Origin: a virus
Taxonomy: Duplodnaviria > Caudoviricetes
IMG/VR virus record: IMGVR_UViG_3300025600_000044
Span: 1-25,640 of that record
Direction: 5' to 3' (one strand)
DNA length: 25,640 nt
Made by a program: the position numbers and the translations under genes. The notes under the pieces are model-generated. The model was not told where the DNA came from. It made no database searches and was given only the letters and a program-made list of their open reading frames with translations. Below, piece after piece: positions 15,326 through 24,559 of the stretch (the stretch's first letter is position 1; each line of letters starts with the position of its first letter).

Positions 15326-16366
15326 ATGGCAGGAACATGGACTTCACAGAATAAAGTTCTCCCTGGTGCTTATCTCAATTTTCTCACCAAAGCAGCTTTA
15401 TCTATTACCCCAGGTGATAGAGGTACGGTTGTTTTGCTACAGGAAATGACAGTAGGCATACAAGGAGAAATGTATATTATCACTGCGTTAGATGTCAGTC
15501 AGTATCCGGCATTAGCAACTGCAGGCGATAAATTGATGGTTAACGAAGCATTAAAGGGTGCCAAGACGGTTATCATCTATAACCTCGGCATTACTCCACA
15601 TGATGCAGCAGATATCACGGCAGCACTAGTAATCCTACGGACAGTTGAATTTGACGTGCTAGTTTATCCGTATGTAACCCCGGCAAATCAGCTTACTATC
15701 GCAACATGGACTAAGGCAATGGTAAATGATGAAGGTGTCGCTATTCAGACGGTTATGGCTGATTATGTAGCCGACAGCGAATATGTCATTAATGTTGCCC
15801 ACGCAGTCGAATTAGCAGATGGCACAAGCCTAACTAAATCACAGACTACCGCATGGGTAGGTGGTGTTACGGCAGGTGCAAAGGCCAATCAATCCAATAC
15901 TGGCAGAGCATACGAGGGAGCAGTTGACGTTATCCCGAGAATGACGAAAACGGAAATGGAAGCAGCTATCACGGCCGGGAAGTTTATTTTTAAGGTTGAT
16001 ACGGCACAGAATGTTACAGCTGTTTATGATATCAATTCGCTGACCACCTTCTCCGTGGAAAAAAGCAAGAAATTCCGCAAGAACAGATTTATCCGCACCA
16101 ACAACGGTATCAATAACGATATCAATGAGATCTTTGAGTCTAACTTCAAGGGTAAAGTTGACAATAGCGTTGATGGCCGAGCATTACAAAAGGCTTCCTA
16201 TGTCGGTTACTTTATCGAGCTGCAGAGACTAAAGGAAATTGAAAACTTTGTGCCTGATGATGTAACCGTTGAAGCCGGAACTGATTCCGATGCAACCGTA
16301 GTTGTATGCAACATTCAGCAGATTGATTCTACCGAAAAAATGTACATGACTATCAACCTCGCCTAG
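15326..16366 (+). CDS. Tail sheath protein (XkdK-like, short form)
   Basis: GTWTSQNKVLPGAYLNF; DINSLTT...FRKNRFIR; EKMYMTI. Confidence 0.93.
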   Translation: MAGTWTSQNKVLPGAYLNFLTKAALSITPGDRGTVVLLQEMTVGIQGEMYIITALDVSQYPALATAGDKLMVNEALKGAKTVIIYNLGITPHDAADITAALVILRTVEFDVLVYPYVTPANQLTIATWTKAMVNDEGVAIQTVMADYVADSEYVINVAHAVELADGTSLTKSQTTAWVGGVTAGAKANQSNTGRAYEGAVDVIPRMTKTEMEAAITAGKFIFKVDTAQNVTAVYDINSLTTFSVEKSKKFRKNRFIRTNNGINNDINEIFESNFKGKVDNSVDGRALQKASYVGYFIELQRLKEIENFVPDDVTVEAGTDSDATVVVCNIQQIDSTEKMYMTINLA

Positions 16367-16381
16367 AAAGGAGAGTAAACA

Positions 16382-16852
16382 ATGGATAATTATTTAGATT
16401 TAGCTGATACCCAATCTCCTAGAGAGGGTAAAGCATGGGCTACTGTTAACGGACAGCGAAGAGAACTATTTGAAATATCAAGCCTTAAAGCGCAACTAGA
16501 CATCACCGTGACCGGAAAGAACACGCTTGGTCGCAAGATGATGCAACATAAGCGAGGTGGAATTGAGGGCACTGGTTCAGCAACTTTATACTTTGCGAAC
16601 TCACAGATGTTGAAAGAAACGATAGCTTATATTTCATCCGGTAAGCACGTGCCTATTACAGTTCAAGGATACAACGAGGACGAACAATCCTCAATTGGCA
16701 GACAAGAAGTACTCTTAACAAATGTTATCTTCAAGACGGTCTTGCTTCTCAATCTTGACGACGGTTCGGACGATCCAGTAACGTTTGATAGCGACCTTAC
16801 ATTTGATGATGTACAGCTGCTATCTTCATTTACCACGCCGACTAATTTTTAG
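16382..16852 (+). CDS. Tail tube protein (XkdM-like)
   Basis: EGKAW...GTGSATLY...NEDEQSSIGRQ...LTFDD. Confidence 0.93.
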   Translation: MDNYLDLADTQSPREGKAWATVNGQRRELFEISSLKAQLDITVTGKNTLGRKMMQHKRGGIEGTGSATLYFANSQMLKETIAYISSGKHVPITVQGYNEDEQSSIGRQEVLLTNVIFKTVLLLNLDDGSDDPVTFDSDLTFDDVQLLSSFTTPTNF

Positions 16853-16866
16853 TCACAACCACACAC

Positions 16867-16895
16867 GAGGGGGCTTTTAATAGCTCCCTTTTTAT
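16867..16895 (+). terminator. Intrinsic terminator after the tail tube gene
   Basis: GAGGGGGCT-TTTAAT-AGCTCCCTT followed by TTTAT. Confidence 0.75.
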
Positions 16896-16916
16896 TACGC
16901 AGAAAAGAGGAATGTT

Positions 16917-17324
16917 ATGGGTTCATTAAATGCATTTTTACACCCGGTTAAAGTTGAAAACAAAGAGGTCGTTGTTTCAAATAGATTTATCAATGAAAAA
17001 GGCAATCCGGAACCGTTTGTAATCCGTCCGGTGACCGAGGAAGAAAATAAGCAGCTGATCAAGAAATATACACGCTTGAATAAAAAAGGTGTCGAGGTTT
17101 TTGACCGTACCGAATATGTTCATGCAATGGTAGCGAAAGCTGTTATCGCACCCGATCTGATGAATGCAGAATTACAAGATGCATACGGTATCCGTGGAGA
17201 AGCTGAATTATTACAGAAGATGTTATTTATCGGAGAGTTTGCAACCCTGTCACAGGAAGTGCAGACGATCAGTGGATTAGATGCTGATATCAATGAGGAT
17301 ATCGAAGAAGTAAAAAACGCATAA
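16917..17324 (+). CDS. Tail assembly chaperone (XkdN-like, gpG equivalent)
   Basis: PDLMNAELQDAYG...GEF...EEVKN. Confidence 0.9.
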   Translation: MGSLNAFLHPVKVENKEVVVSNRFINEKGNPEPFVIRPVTEEENKQLIKKYTRLNKKGVEVFDRTEYVHAMVAKAVIAPDLMNAELQDAYGIRGEAELLQKMLFIGEFATLSQEVQTISGLDADINEDIEEVKNA

Positions 17325-17506
17325 AGCAAGGCGATGCTGAATTTAACTTAGCATATTATGCCTTGCAGGAATGGCACAGATTACCATCCGAAACAGATGG
17401 ATTGGACAACAAGGAAAAAGCATTCCTATACGCAGCGATGCAATTAAAAATTGAAGCTGAAAAGAAAGAAATGCAAAAGATTAAATCGAAGGGAGGTAAG
17501 AGATAA
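17312..17506 (+). CDS. -1 frameshift extension of the chaperone (gpGT equivalent; not in ORF track)
   Basis: Slippery A AAA AAC at 17312-17318; the -1 frame reads RIKQGDAEFNLAYYALQ...EKAFLYAAMQ...GGKR* and ends at the TMP start. Confidence 0.85.
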   Translation, partial: KKRIKQGDAEFNLAYYALQEWHRLPSETDGLDNKEKAFLYAAMQLKIEAEKKEMQKIKSKGGKR

Positions 17507-19330
17507 ATGGCAACACTCTCATCCACGTTTAAGCTATATGATGGTTACACAAGCACGATAGATAAGATTTCTAGTAAGAGTGAAAAAGCTACCAGTAAGA
17601 TATTGGCTGCTTCGGGTGCAACTGATAAGCTTAATGGTAAATTAAATGCAACCGGAGCAAGTGCGAGTAATGCAAGCAGCGGATTGGGTAAACTGATCGG
17701 TATAGCTGCTTTGGCTGCCACGGCATTAAAAGGAATCAGTATCACAGATGAGTATACAAATACTGCTGCCCGACTTGACTTAATTAATGATGGCTTACAA
17801 ACACAGCAGGAGTTGCAAGATAAGATATTTGCATCTGCTAATAGATCAAAAGGATCCTACACCGATATGGCTGGCGCTATATCCAAGATGGGATTGACTG
17901 CCGGTGATGCGTTCGGGTCCAATGACGAACTGATAGGATTTACTGAATTGCTCCAGAAGTCATTTAAAGTTGGTGGCGCAAGTGGAAGTGAACAATCCTC
18001 TGGTATGCAACAGTTAACCCAAGCAATGGCAGCCGGAAAGCTACAGGGTGATGAATTCCGTTCCATCATGGAAAATGCACCAATGGTAGCACAGGCAATC
18101 GCAGATTACACCGGCAAGACCAAGGGTGAGTTAAAGCAGATGTCTACCGATGGATTAATTACGGCTGATATCATTAAAAACTCAATGTTTGCAGCAAGTC
18201 AAGATATTAACGATCAATTTTCAAAGATGCCATATACCTTTGCTGATATTTGGACAAGGGTAAAAAACGGCGGATTACAAGCATTTGATGGAGTTATGGA
18301 AAAGATTAATGACTTAATTAACACTCCTGGTTTCCAAGACTTTGTGAATAAAATAGTAGCTGGATTTGACTTAGCAGCACAAGCTGCTGGATGGCTAATA
18401 GACACCATTACTAATGGGTGGAGTACAATCGGGCCTATTTTGGGAATAATCGGTGGAGTATTGCTTATTGCCATGATAGTAGCGTTATGGGCCATGGTCC
18501 CACCATTAATAGCACAGGCTGTGGCATGGTTAGCAATTTATTGGCCGTTGTTATTAATCATAGCGGTAATAGCAATAGTAATATCTGCAATCAGACAATT
18601 CGGAGCATCCTGGTCGGATATATTTGGGGTTGTCGGAGGGGTTATCGGAACGTTCGCCGCTGCATTTTACAATATATTTGTGGTGATATGGAATGTCGTT
18701 GCTACATTTATTAACTTTTTCGGTAATGTATTTAAAAGCCCTATTGCTTCAATTAAAACTCTGTTTTTAGGTTTGGCGACCACGGTATTAGGATTTATTG
18801 AGAATATGGCACAAGGCATTCAGGACTTATTAAATAAAATACCCGGAGTCAGCATTGACATGACAAGCGGAATCGAGTCACTGAGAAGCAAGCTTGAAGG
18901 AATGTCGGCAACAATTAAATCCGAAGCAGAGCTTACCACTTATGTGAAGAGCAAGGATTTTATGGATTACTCGGATGGATATACTAAGGGAAGTGAAACA
19001 GGCGTCAACCTAAGTAATAGCATTGGAAAGCTGGGTGATACGCTCACAAACACTCTTTCGGATAAAGGTGGTTCAACTGATCCGACAGCAGTAAAAGGCA
19101 CAGGATCTAACGGTGCAGTGGATGTTGCAATGTCAAGTGAGGATTTACAGTATTTACGTGATGCATCAGAACGAAAGTATACCAACAAATTCAGCACATC
19201 AACTCTGGCGCCAAACATCAACATTAAATTCGGCAACGTAACCAAAGAGGCAGATGCCGACAAAGTAGCCGGAAGAATCAAACAGATATTACAGGAAGAA
19301 ATAGCAACAGCGGCAGAGGGGGCCTATTAA
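17507..19330 (+). CDS. Tape measure protein
   Basis: QLTQAMAAGKLQGDEFRSIMENAP domain and hydrophobic repeats; position. Confidence 0.95.
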   Translation: MATLSSTFKLYDGYTSTIDKISSKSEKATSKILAASGATDKLNGKLNATGASASNASSGLGKLIGIAALAATALKGISITDEYTNTAARLDLINDGLQTQQELQDKIFASANRSKGSYTDMAGAISKMGLTAGDAFGSNDELIGFTELLQKSFKVGGASGSEQSSGMQQLTQAMAAGKLQGDEFRSIMENAPMVAQAIADYTGKTKGELKQMSTDGLITADIIKNSMFAASQDINDQFSKMPYTFADIWTRVKNGGLQAFDGVMEKINDLINTPGFQDFVNKIVAGFDLAAQAAGWLIDTITNGWSTIGPILGIIGGVLLIAMIVALWAMVPPLIAQAVAWLAIYWPLLLIIAVIAIVISAIRQFGASWSDIFGVVGGVIGTFAAAFYNIFVVIWNVVATFINFFGNVFKSPIASIKTLFLGLATTVLGFIENMAQGIQDLLNKIPGVSIDMTSGIESLRSKLEGMSATIKSEAELTTYVKSKDFMDYSDGYTKGSETGVNLSNSIGKLGDTLTNTLSDKGGSTDPTAVKGTGSNGAVDVAMSSEDLQYLRDASERKYTNKFSTSTLAPNINIKFGNVTKEADADKVAGRIKQILQEEIATAAEGAY

Positions 19331-20220
19331 TGAGTGAATATGCAATATGGTTTGATTATGGCAATAAGACTTATAGGCTCCCGGTTAACCCTGGGGAAAT
19401 AAAGGAAACCACAACGCAGGCAAACGAGAAATATGAGATTTTAGGACTTGGCCAAATAGTAATCCCCACCTACATGGAATTAAGGGAGTTCTCTTTTGAA
19501 ACAGAATTTCCGAGATTGGAAGCCACCTATGTCGGAGATGGGGTCGAATTTTATGATGCTGATGATTTTCTGGATCTATTTAAAAAAGTAAGAACAAAAA
19601 AGAAGCCTATTAGATTTACGGCCGTTTATATTACAGCCAGCCTATCGGCATCTGAATTAAAAAATCTCGATAAATACGCATCGGATAAAGGGAATAGCAC
19701 AAGTTCGATGGTATTAATTGAAGAACTCTCCATCACCGAGAAAGCCGGAGAGGAGGGCGATAAGTATGTAGAGTTTAAGCTGATTGAATATAGGGATTTT
19801 GGAAAGGCTGCCGGAACCGAAATTGATTCAGCAACCGGAAAGAAGAAAAAGAAAGAATCTACAGTTTTATTATCGGCTAAATCAAATGGTTATTATGTTG
19901 TGAAGAGTGGTGATAGCCTATGGAAGATTGCAAAAGCCTTATATTGCAATGGAGCAAAAGCCAACATCATATACAATGCAAACAAATCCATAATTAAAAC
20001 TCCCGGATTACTCCGAGTGGGATGGAAATTAAAGATTCCAACCACGGATGAATTTTCAAAGTATTCCGCCGCCTTACCCAAGGTCGCAACCAACGTCACG
20101 ATAAAAAAGAAATCCACGACATTTGAAAGTGCAAGCGGTCAAGCGATAGCGGCTAAATATATCCAGGAGTATGACGGTGGTACACCTATTTCTCATTCGA
20201 CAGGTGGTGTTCAATATTGA
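19330..20220 (+). CDS. XkdP-like LysM tail tube initiator
   Basis: LPVNPGEI N-terminus; LysM YVVKSGDSLWKIAK...LKIP. Confidence 0.9.
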   Translation: MSEYAIWFDYGNKTYRLPVNPGEIKETTTQANEKYEILGLGQIVIPTYMELREFSFETEFPRLEATYVGDGVEFYDADDFLDLFKKVRTKKKPIRFTAVYITASLSASELKNLDKYASDKGNSTSSMVLIEELSITEKAGEEGDKYVEFKLIEYRDFGKAAGTEIDSATGKKKKKESTVLLSAKSNGYYVVKSGDSLWKIAKALYCNGAKANIIYNANKSIIKTPGLLRVGWKLKIPTTDEFSKYSAALPKVATNVTIKKKSTTFESASGQAIAAKYIQEYDGGTPISHSTGGVQY

Positions 20221-21167
20221 CAAAGATAGAATTTCTTGTATCAGTCAACAATAAAACATGGGAAATCAGTGAGCTTGTGAAATCCATTGAGTTTTCAGAT
20301 AAATTAAACGATGGGTGTAGCAAGTTGGAATTTTCTTATGTTGATGATAATTTAAAATTAGAAAACGGATCCGGTGTGATGTTTCGGTATGATAGCAAGA
20401 ATATATTCAGTGGAATCGTATTTAAACATGGGCATAATAAAAAAGGTGAGATTACCGTTACCGCATATGATCAATTGAGATATGCCAAGGCAAAGGATAA
20501 TGTTGTCGTTCAAAAAGACACGGCAACCACTCTAACTAAAAGAATGTGCAACTATTTAGGTATTCCAAGCGGAACCCTTACAGATACCGCATACGTGTTA
20601 GCCACAACCGTCCAGGAAGATAAAACCTGGTTAGACATTATTTATTCAGCTATCAGTGATACACTGCTTTACAGAGAAAAATGGTTTTGTCTGCGTGATG
20701 AATTTGGCAAGGTAACTCTCCGGGATATCAATGATCTGAAGCTTGACTTAGTCTTAGGTGATAAATCGTTATGTTATGACTTTGATTACGAAAAATCCAT
20801 AGATGAAGAATTTTACAACCGCATCAAGATTTATGTCAAGGGTAAGGATGATGCAACCGTGGGCACTACAATAGTTAAAGATAGCGAGGCCTCAATTAAG
20901 AATTACGGACTATTACAATATTTTGAAATTATGGAAAACAAAAATGCATCGCAGGCGAAATCGAAAGCTGCAGTATTGTTAGGTCTGTATAATCAAGAAA
21001 CCGAAACCCTATCGCTAGATTGTCTAGGCGATACCAGAGTCCGAGCCGGTACAAGTTTTTATGGAACCATCGAGGATATCAAGATGGAAAATAAAAGATT
21101 AAAGGTTGTATCGGTGACACACAAATATATCCCCATCCACACAATGAGTTTGGAGGTGTCGCTGTGA
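20217..21167 (+). CDS. XkdQ-like baseplate hub
   Basis: TAYDQLRYAK, YGLLQY, LGDTRVRAG, HTMSLEV. Confidence 0.9.
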   Translation: MTKIEFLVSVNNKTWEISELVKSIEFSDKLNDGCSKLEFSYVDDNLKLENGSGVMFRYDSKNIFSGIVFKHGHNKKGEITVTAYDQLRYAKAKDNVVVQKDTATTLTKRMCNYLGIPSGTLTDTAYVLATTVQEDKTWLDIIYSAISDTLLYREKWFCLRDEFGKVTLRDINDLKLDLVLGDKSLCYDFDYEKSIDEEFYNRIKIYVKGKDDATVGTTIVKDSEASIKNYGLLQYFEIMENKNASQAKSKAAVLLGLYNQETETLSLDCLGDTRVRAGTSFYGTIEDIKMENKRLKVVSVTHKYIPIHTMSLEVSL

Positions 21168-21394
21168 TAAACGAAATTAAATCAATCGTACAAAACTATC
21201 TGAACAATGCCAAGCTGACGGAATTCTTGACCGGATCAGTTGTATTGGACGGAATCAAAATAAGCGAAAAGCTTACCATCCCAAACGAGCTGATTGTTGG
21301 TAACTTGAAATCCACGGCAATCATCGGGGATAATGTCAGGCTGCTCCGCAATCATGGTGGACAAACATATTATATTTTGGAGGTGATAAATTGA
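21164..21394 (+). CDS. XkdR/DUF2577-like spike protein (short)
   Basis: GDNVRLLRNHGGQTYYIL; synteny. Confidence 0.75.
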   Translation: MINEIKSIVQNYLNNAKLTEFLTGSVVLDGIKISEKLTIPNELIVGNLKSTAIIGDNVRLLRNHGGQTYYILEVIN

Positions 21395-21777
21395 GTGTAT
21401 TTGATACTGACCTAGAGGTTGTTGACGAAGTTGAAGCCACTAAGACTTACAAACTATCAGATGTAGCGATACAAGGCTATATTGACGGAATAGAGGCCTT
21501 GAAACAATCCATCAACAAGGAAATAAATACAGAGAAATACGAATATCCAATTTACTCCTTTGATTATGGGATAGAGCTGGAAGGCCTGATCGGAAAAGAC
21601 ACAGAGTATGTAAAAATTGAATTGAAAAGAAGAATTGAGGAATGTCTGCTGAAGGATGAACGTATCGTCTCGGTGGACAATTTTATTTATACGGTATCCG
21701 GTGATGAAATGTTGTGCACGTTTGATGTGAACAGCATTTACGGAACAGCCACGATAACGAAGGAGGTGAATGTTTAA
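21391..21777 (+). CDS. XkdS/DUF2634-like baseplate protein
   Basis: ALKQSI...TEKYEYPIYSFDYGIEL...DERI. Confidence 0.88.
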   Translation: MSVFDTDLEVVDEVEATKTYKLSDVAIQGYIDGIEALKQSINKEINTEKYEYPIYSFDYGIELEGLIGKDTEYVKIELKRRIEECLLKDERIVSVDNFIYTVSGDEMLCTFDVNSIYGTATITKEVNV

Positions 21778-22796
21778 TGTTTGAGGGTATGACATATGAG
21801 GTTGTGTTGGAGGATATGCTCAGTCGAGTGATATCTGATATTGATAAACGCGAGGGATCCGTTATCTATGATTCGTTGGCTCCCGCAGCTTACAAGGTTG
21901 CAGAGAATTATTATTACCTGGACCAATTCCTAAATTTGATATTTGGCGATACTGCAGTAGATACCTTCCTCGATAGGGTGGTTGCAGATCATGGAATGAC
22001 ACGAAAGCAATCCACCTATGCAATCCGTAAGGTAACGACATCTGGAGCAGTAAACATTGGTACTCGGTGGGGCATAGAGGATTTAGTTTATGACATAACC
22101 GCATTAGTTTCTTCTAATGTATATGCGGCAACCTGTGAAACACTAGGGAGCATCGGCAACACCTACTCCGGCGCATTAGAAAACATTGATAACGTAAGCG
22201 GAATCACAGCAACCTTAACCGATATTATGACATCGGGGGAAGACGAAGAAACTGATGATAACTTGCGTACTAGATTCTATTTGCAAGTACGGTCAACCGG
22301 AACTAGCGGGAATGCTTGTGATTATCGGAATTGGGCGCTAGAAGTCCCAGGGTGTGGTGATGCAAAGGTGTTTCCATTATGGAATGGTGCCGGTACCGTC
22401 AAGGTGTTAGTGGTTGACGAAAATATGACTATCAATGCAACCCTACCAACAACGGTCCATGATTACATCGAAACAGTTCGGCCAATCGGTGCCACGGTTA
22501 CGGTAGCATCCCCAACAAGCCTATCAATTAATATTACGGCCAATGTAATGCTGAATGGTACTAAGACATTGGCAGAGGTACGTACAGCCTTTACGACAAG
22601 CCTCACCAGCTACCTCAGAGAAACCGTATTTGAGGTGTACAGTGTCAGCTATGCAAAGATAGGTAGCTTGTTGTTAGCTACGGCCGGAGTGGATGATTAT
22701 AGCGCTCTCCTAGTTAATGCAGGAACCGCTAATATCACTATCAGCAGTGGACAGATGCCCATAGTTGGAACCTTGACATTAACGGAGGTGGTTTAA
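21777..22796 (+). CDS. Baseplate J (XkdT-like)
   Basis: DKREGSVIYD, EETDDNLR, SGNACDY, WNGAGTVKV. Confidence 0.93.
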   Translation: MFEGMTYEVVLEDMLSRVISDIDKREGSVIYDSLAPAAYKVAENYYYLDQFLNLIFGDTAVDTFLDRVVADHGMTRKQSTYAIRKVTTSGAVNIGTRWGIEDLVYDITALVSSNVYAATCETLGSIGNTYSGALENIDNVSGITATLTDIMTSGEDEETDDNLRTRFYLQVRSTGTSGNACDYRNWALEVPGCGDAKVFPLWNGAGTVKVLVVDENMTINATLPTTVHDYIETVRPIGATVTVASPTSLSINITANVMLNGTKTLAEVRTAFTTSLTSYLRETVFEVYSVSYAKIGSLLLATAGVDDYSALLVNAGTANITISSGQMPIVGTLTLTEVV

Positions 22797-23324
22797 TTGG
22801 ATTTGACGGAATTACTGCCTCCGATATACGAGAATGACTTAACGATGCAGAAATTACAAGACATCTTGTCAGATAAAATTAACACCTTAGCCGACGGTAT
22901 TAATGAAACCATAGATGAATGTTTTGTGTCAACCACATCTAAATTATTGAGTTATCACGAAAATATATATGGAATAACGGTTGATGTAACTAAATCAGAC
23001 GTCTTCAGGATGGAGCGTATCAGAGCAAAAATTAAAGGAACTGGTACCGTCACGAAACAAATGATAATTGATACTGCAAAAGCCTATAGCAATGGCGAGG
23101 TTGAGGTTATTGAGGATAATGCGAACAACAGTTTCAAAATTAAATTTGTCGGCGCAAAAGGCATCCCGGCGAATATGGCAGATCTCATACTGACCATTGA
23201 AGAGATTAAACCGGCGCACTTAAGCTATACATTTGAGTATTTATATAACACATGGGATGATGTATCTGCTATGACCTGGGCAGATGCAAGCGTATACACA
23301 TGGGAAGGATTGAGGGTGAAATAA
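22797..23324 (+). CDS. XkdU/YmfQ (DUF2313)-like baseplate wedge protein
   Basis: IEEIKPAHLSY. Confidence 0.9.
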   Translation: MDLTELLPPIYENDLTMQKLQDILSDKINTLADGINETIDECFVSTTSKLLSYHENIYGITVDVTKSDVFRMERIRAKIKGTGTVTKQMIIDTAKAYSNGEVEVIEDNANNSFKIKFVGAKGIPANMADLILTIEEIKPAHLSYTFEYLYNTWDDVSAMTWADASVYTWEGLRVK

Positions 23325-24544
23325 TGGCAGAATATACAACCAATTTTAACCTAGAGAAGCAGCAAGCCAATGAATATATCAATATCGATGGTTTGAGCGA
23401 AAACTTTGATACTATTGATGCAGCACTAGGTAATACAGCAAAGTTTGAAAAAGCCGGAGGAACCGCCACTGCGATTACGCTGGCAAACATATCATTGCTA
23501 GATGGAAGCAGCAAGACCTTTATCGCACAGTTTAACAACACCGCCACTGCAAAGACTATAAACGGCAAGGCATGGAAAAAGTCATCCACGGTAACGACAT
23601 CCCCAGCTACAACAAACGGAAAAGCCTATACCGTCTGGTATGACTTAACAGGTGATTGTTTTTTTACCAAGGCTAGTGCAGAGGGAACCGCCGTTGCAGG
23701 GAATGTACTAGCAACCAAAACATTCAGCAACGATAGTGATACTGGAATTACAGGAACAATGGCTGACAATAGCAATGTAGCCGACCAGACATTAACAACG
23801 CATAATTCCGAGTATGTTATTCCGACAGGTTATCATAGTGGATTGCATAAAGTAAAAGCTATAATAACTGGATTAATTGCATCGGTCATTAAGGCTGGAA
23901 CTACGGTTGGAGGGGTATTAGGTACCTTTACATCTGATGCAACCGCTACCGCTGCCCAAATGCTATTAAATGCAACCGCATATGTTAATGGTAATAAGGT
24001 TACCGGAACAATTACAAGCAAGACAGCTGCTACTTATACTCCTGGAACATCAGCGCAAACCATTGCTGCAAATCAATACTTAAGTGGTGTCCAAACTATT
24101 CTAGGTGATGCAGACTTAACAGCACCGAACATACTTAACACCGCTAATATTTTCGGAGTACAAGGCTCCGCAGTGTCAGGTAAGAGAAGCGCAAGCGGTA
24201 CTGTTACCCCGGCACAAGTAGCAACAACTTTTCAATACTATGGATCACTAAATACATGGAACGCATACCTAGCTACCGTAAGCGGGTTAACCTTTGAACC
24301 TTCACTTGTTATGTTGTTCGGTTTCGGTGGTGGTTTAGAGTATGTATCTGTATATAGGGTTAGTGGAGGTGATCATAATTCAAGAATAGTGGAACTTGTA
24401 GGCTTCGATGTTTACGCCGACACCGGGTACGGCATTCCTCATGCATTAAAAGCAGATGTCTACGCAGCATATGTGAATTCCACTGGATTTGCATTACCTG
24501 TTTACGTGCCCAATATAACCTACAACTGGACAGCAATTGAATAA
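23324..24544 (+). CDS. Tail fibre protein
   Basis: TAATG overlap gives ATG 23324; TTNFNLEK...NFDTIDAAL anchor; Ala/Thr/Gly repeats; C-terminal VSGLTFEP...GFALPV...YNWTAIE domain. Confidence 0.85.
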   Translation: MAEYTTNFNLEKQQANEYINIDGLSENFDTIDAALGNTAKFEKAGGTATAITLANISLLDGSSKTFIAQFNNTATAKTINGKAWKKSSTVTTSPATTNGKAYTVWYDLTGDCFFTKASAEGTAVAGNVLATKTFSNDSDTGITGTMADNSNVADQTLTTHNSEYVIPTGYHSGLHKVKAIITGLIASVIKAGTTVGGVLGTFTSDATATAAQMLLNATAYVNGNKVTGTITSKTAATYTPGTSAQTIAANQYLSGVQTILGDADLTAPNILNTANIFGVQGSAVSGKRSASGTVTPAQVATTFQYYGSLNTWNAYLATVSGLTFEPSLVMLFGFGGGLEYVSVYRVSGGDHNSRIVELVGFDVYADTGYGIPHALKADVYAAYVNSTGFALPVYVPNITYNWTAIE

Positions 24545-24559
24545 GAGAGGAGAACACCA

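Noticed and set aside
19940-22320. Cys at usually conserved positions (LysM YCNG; baseplate GNACDY) as signs of decay
   Set aside because: Single substitutions cannot be judged without an alignment; the frames are intact.
15326-24544. Stand-alone tailocin (PBSX/diffocin-like)
   Set aside because: Intact terminase, portal, scaffold and capsid genes are linked, indicating a complete phage.
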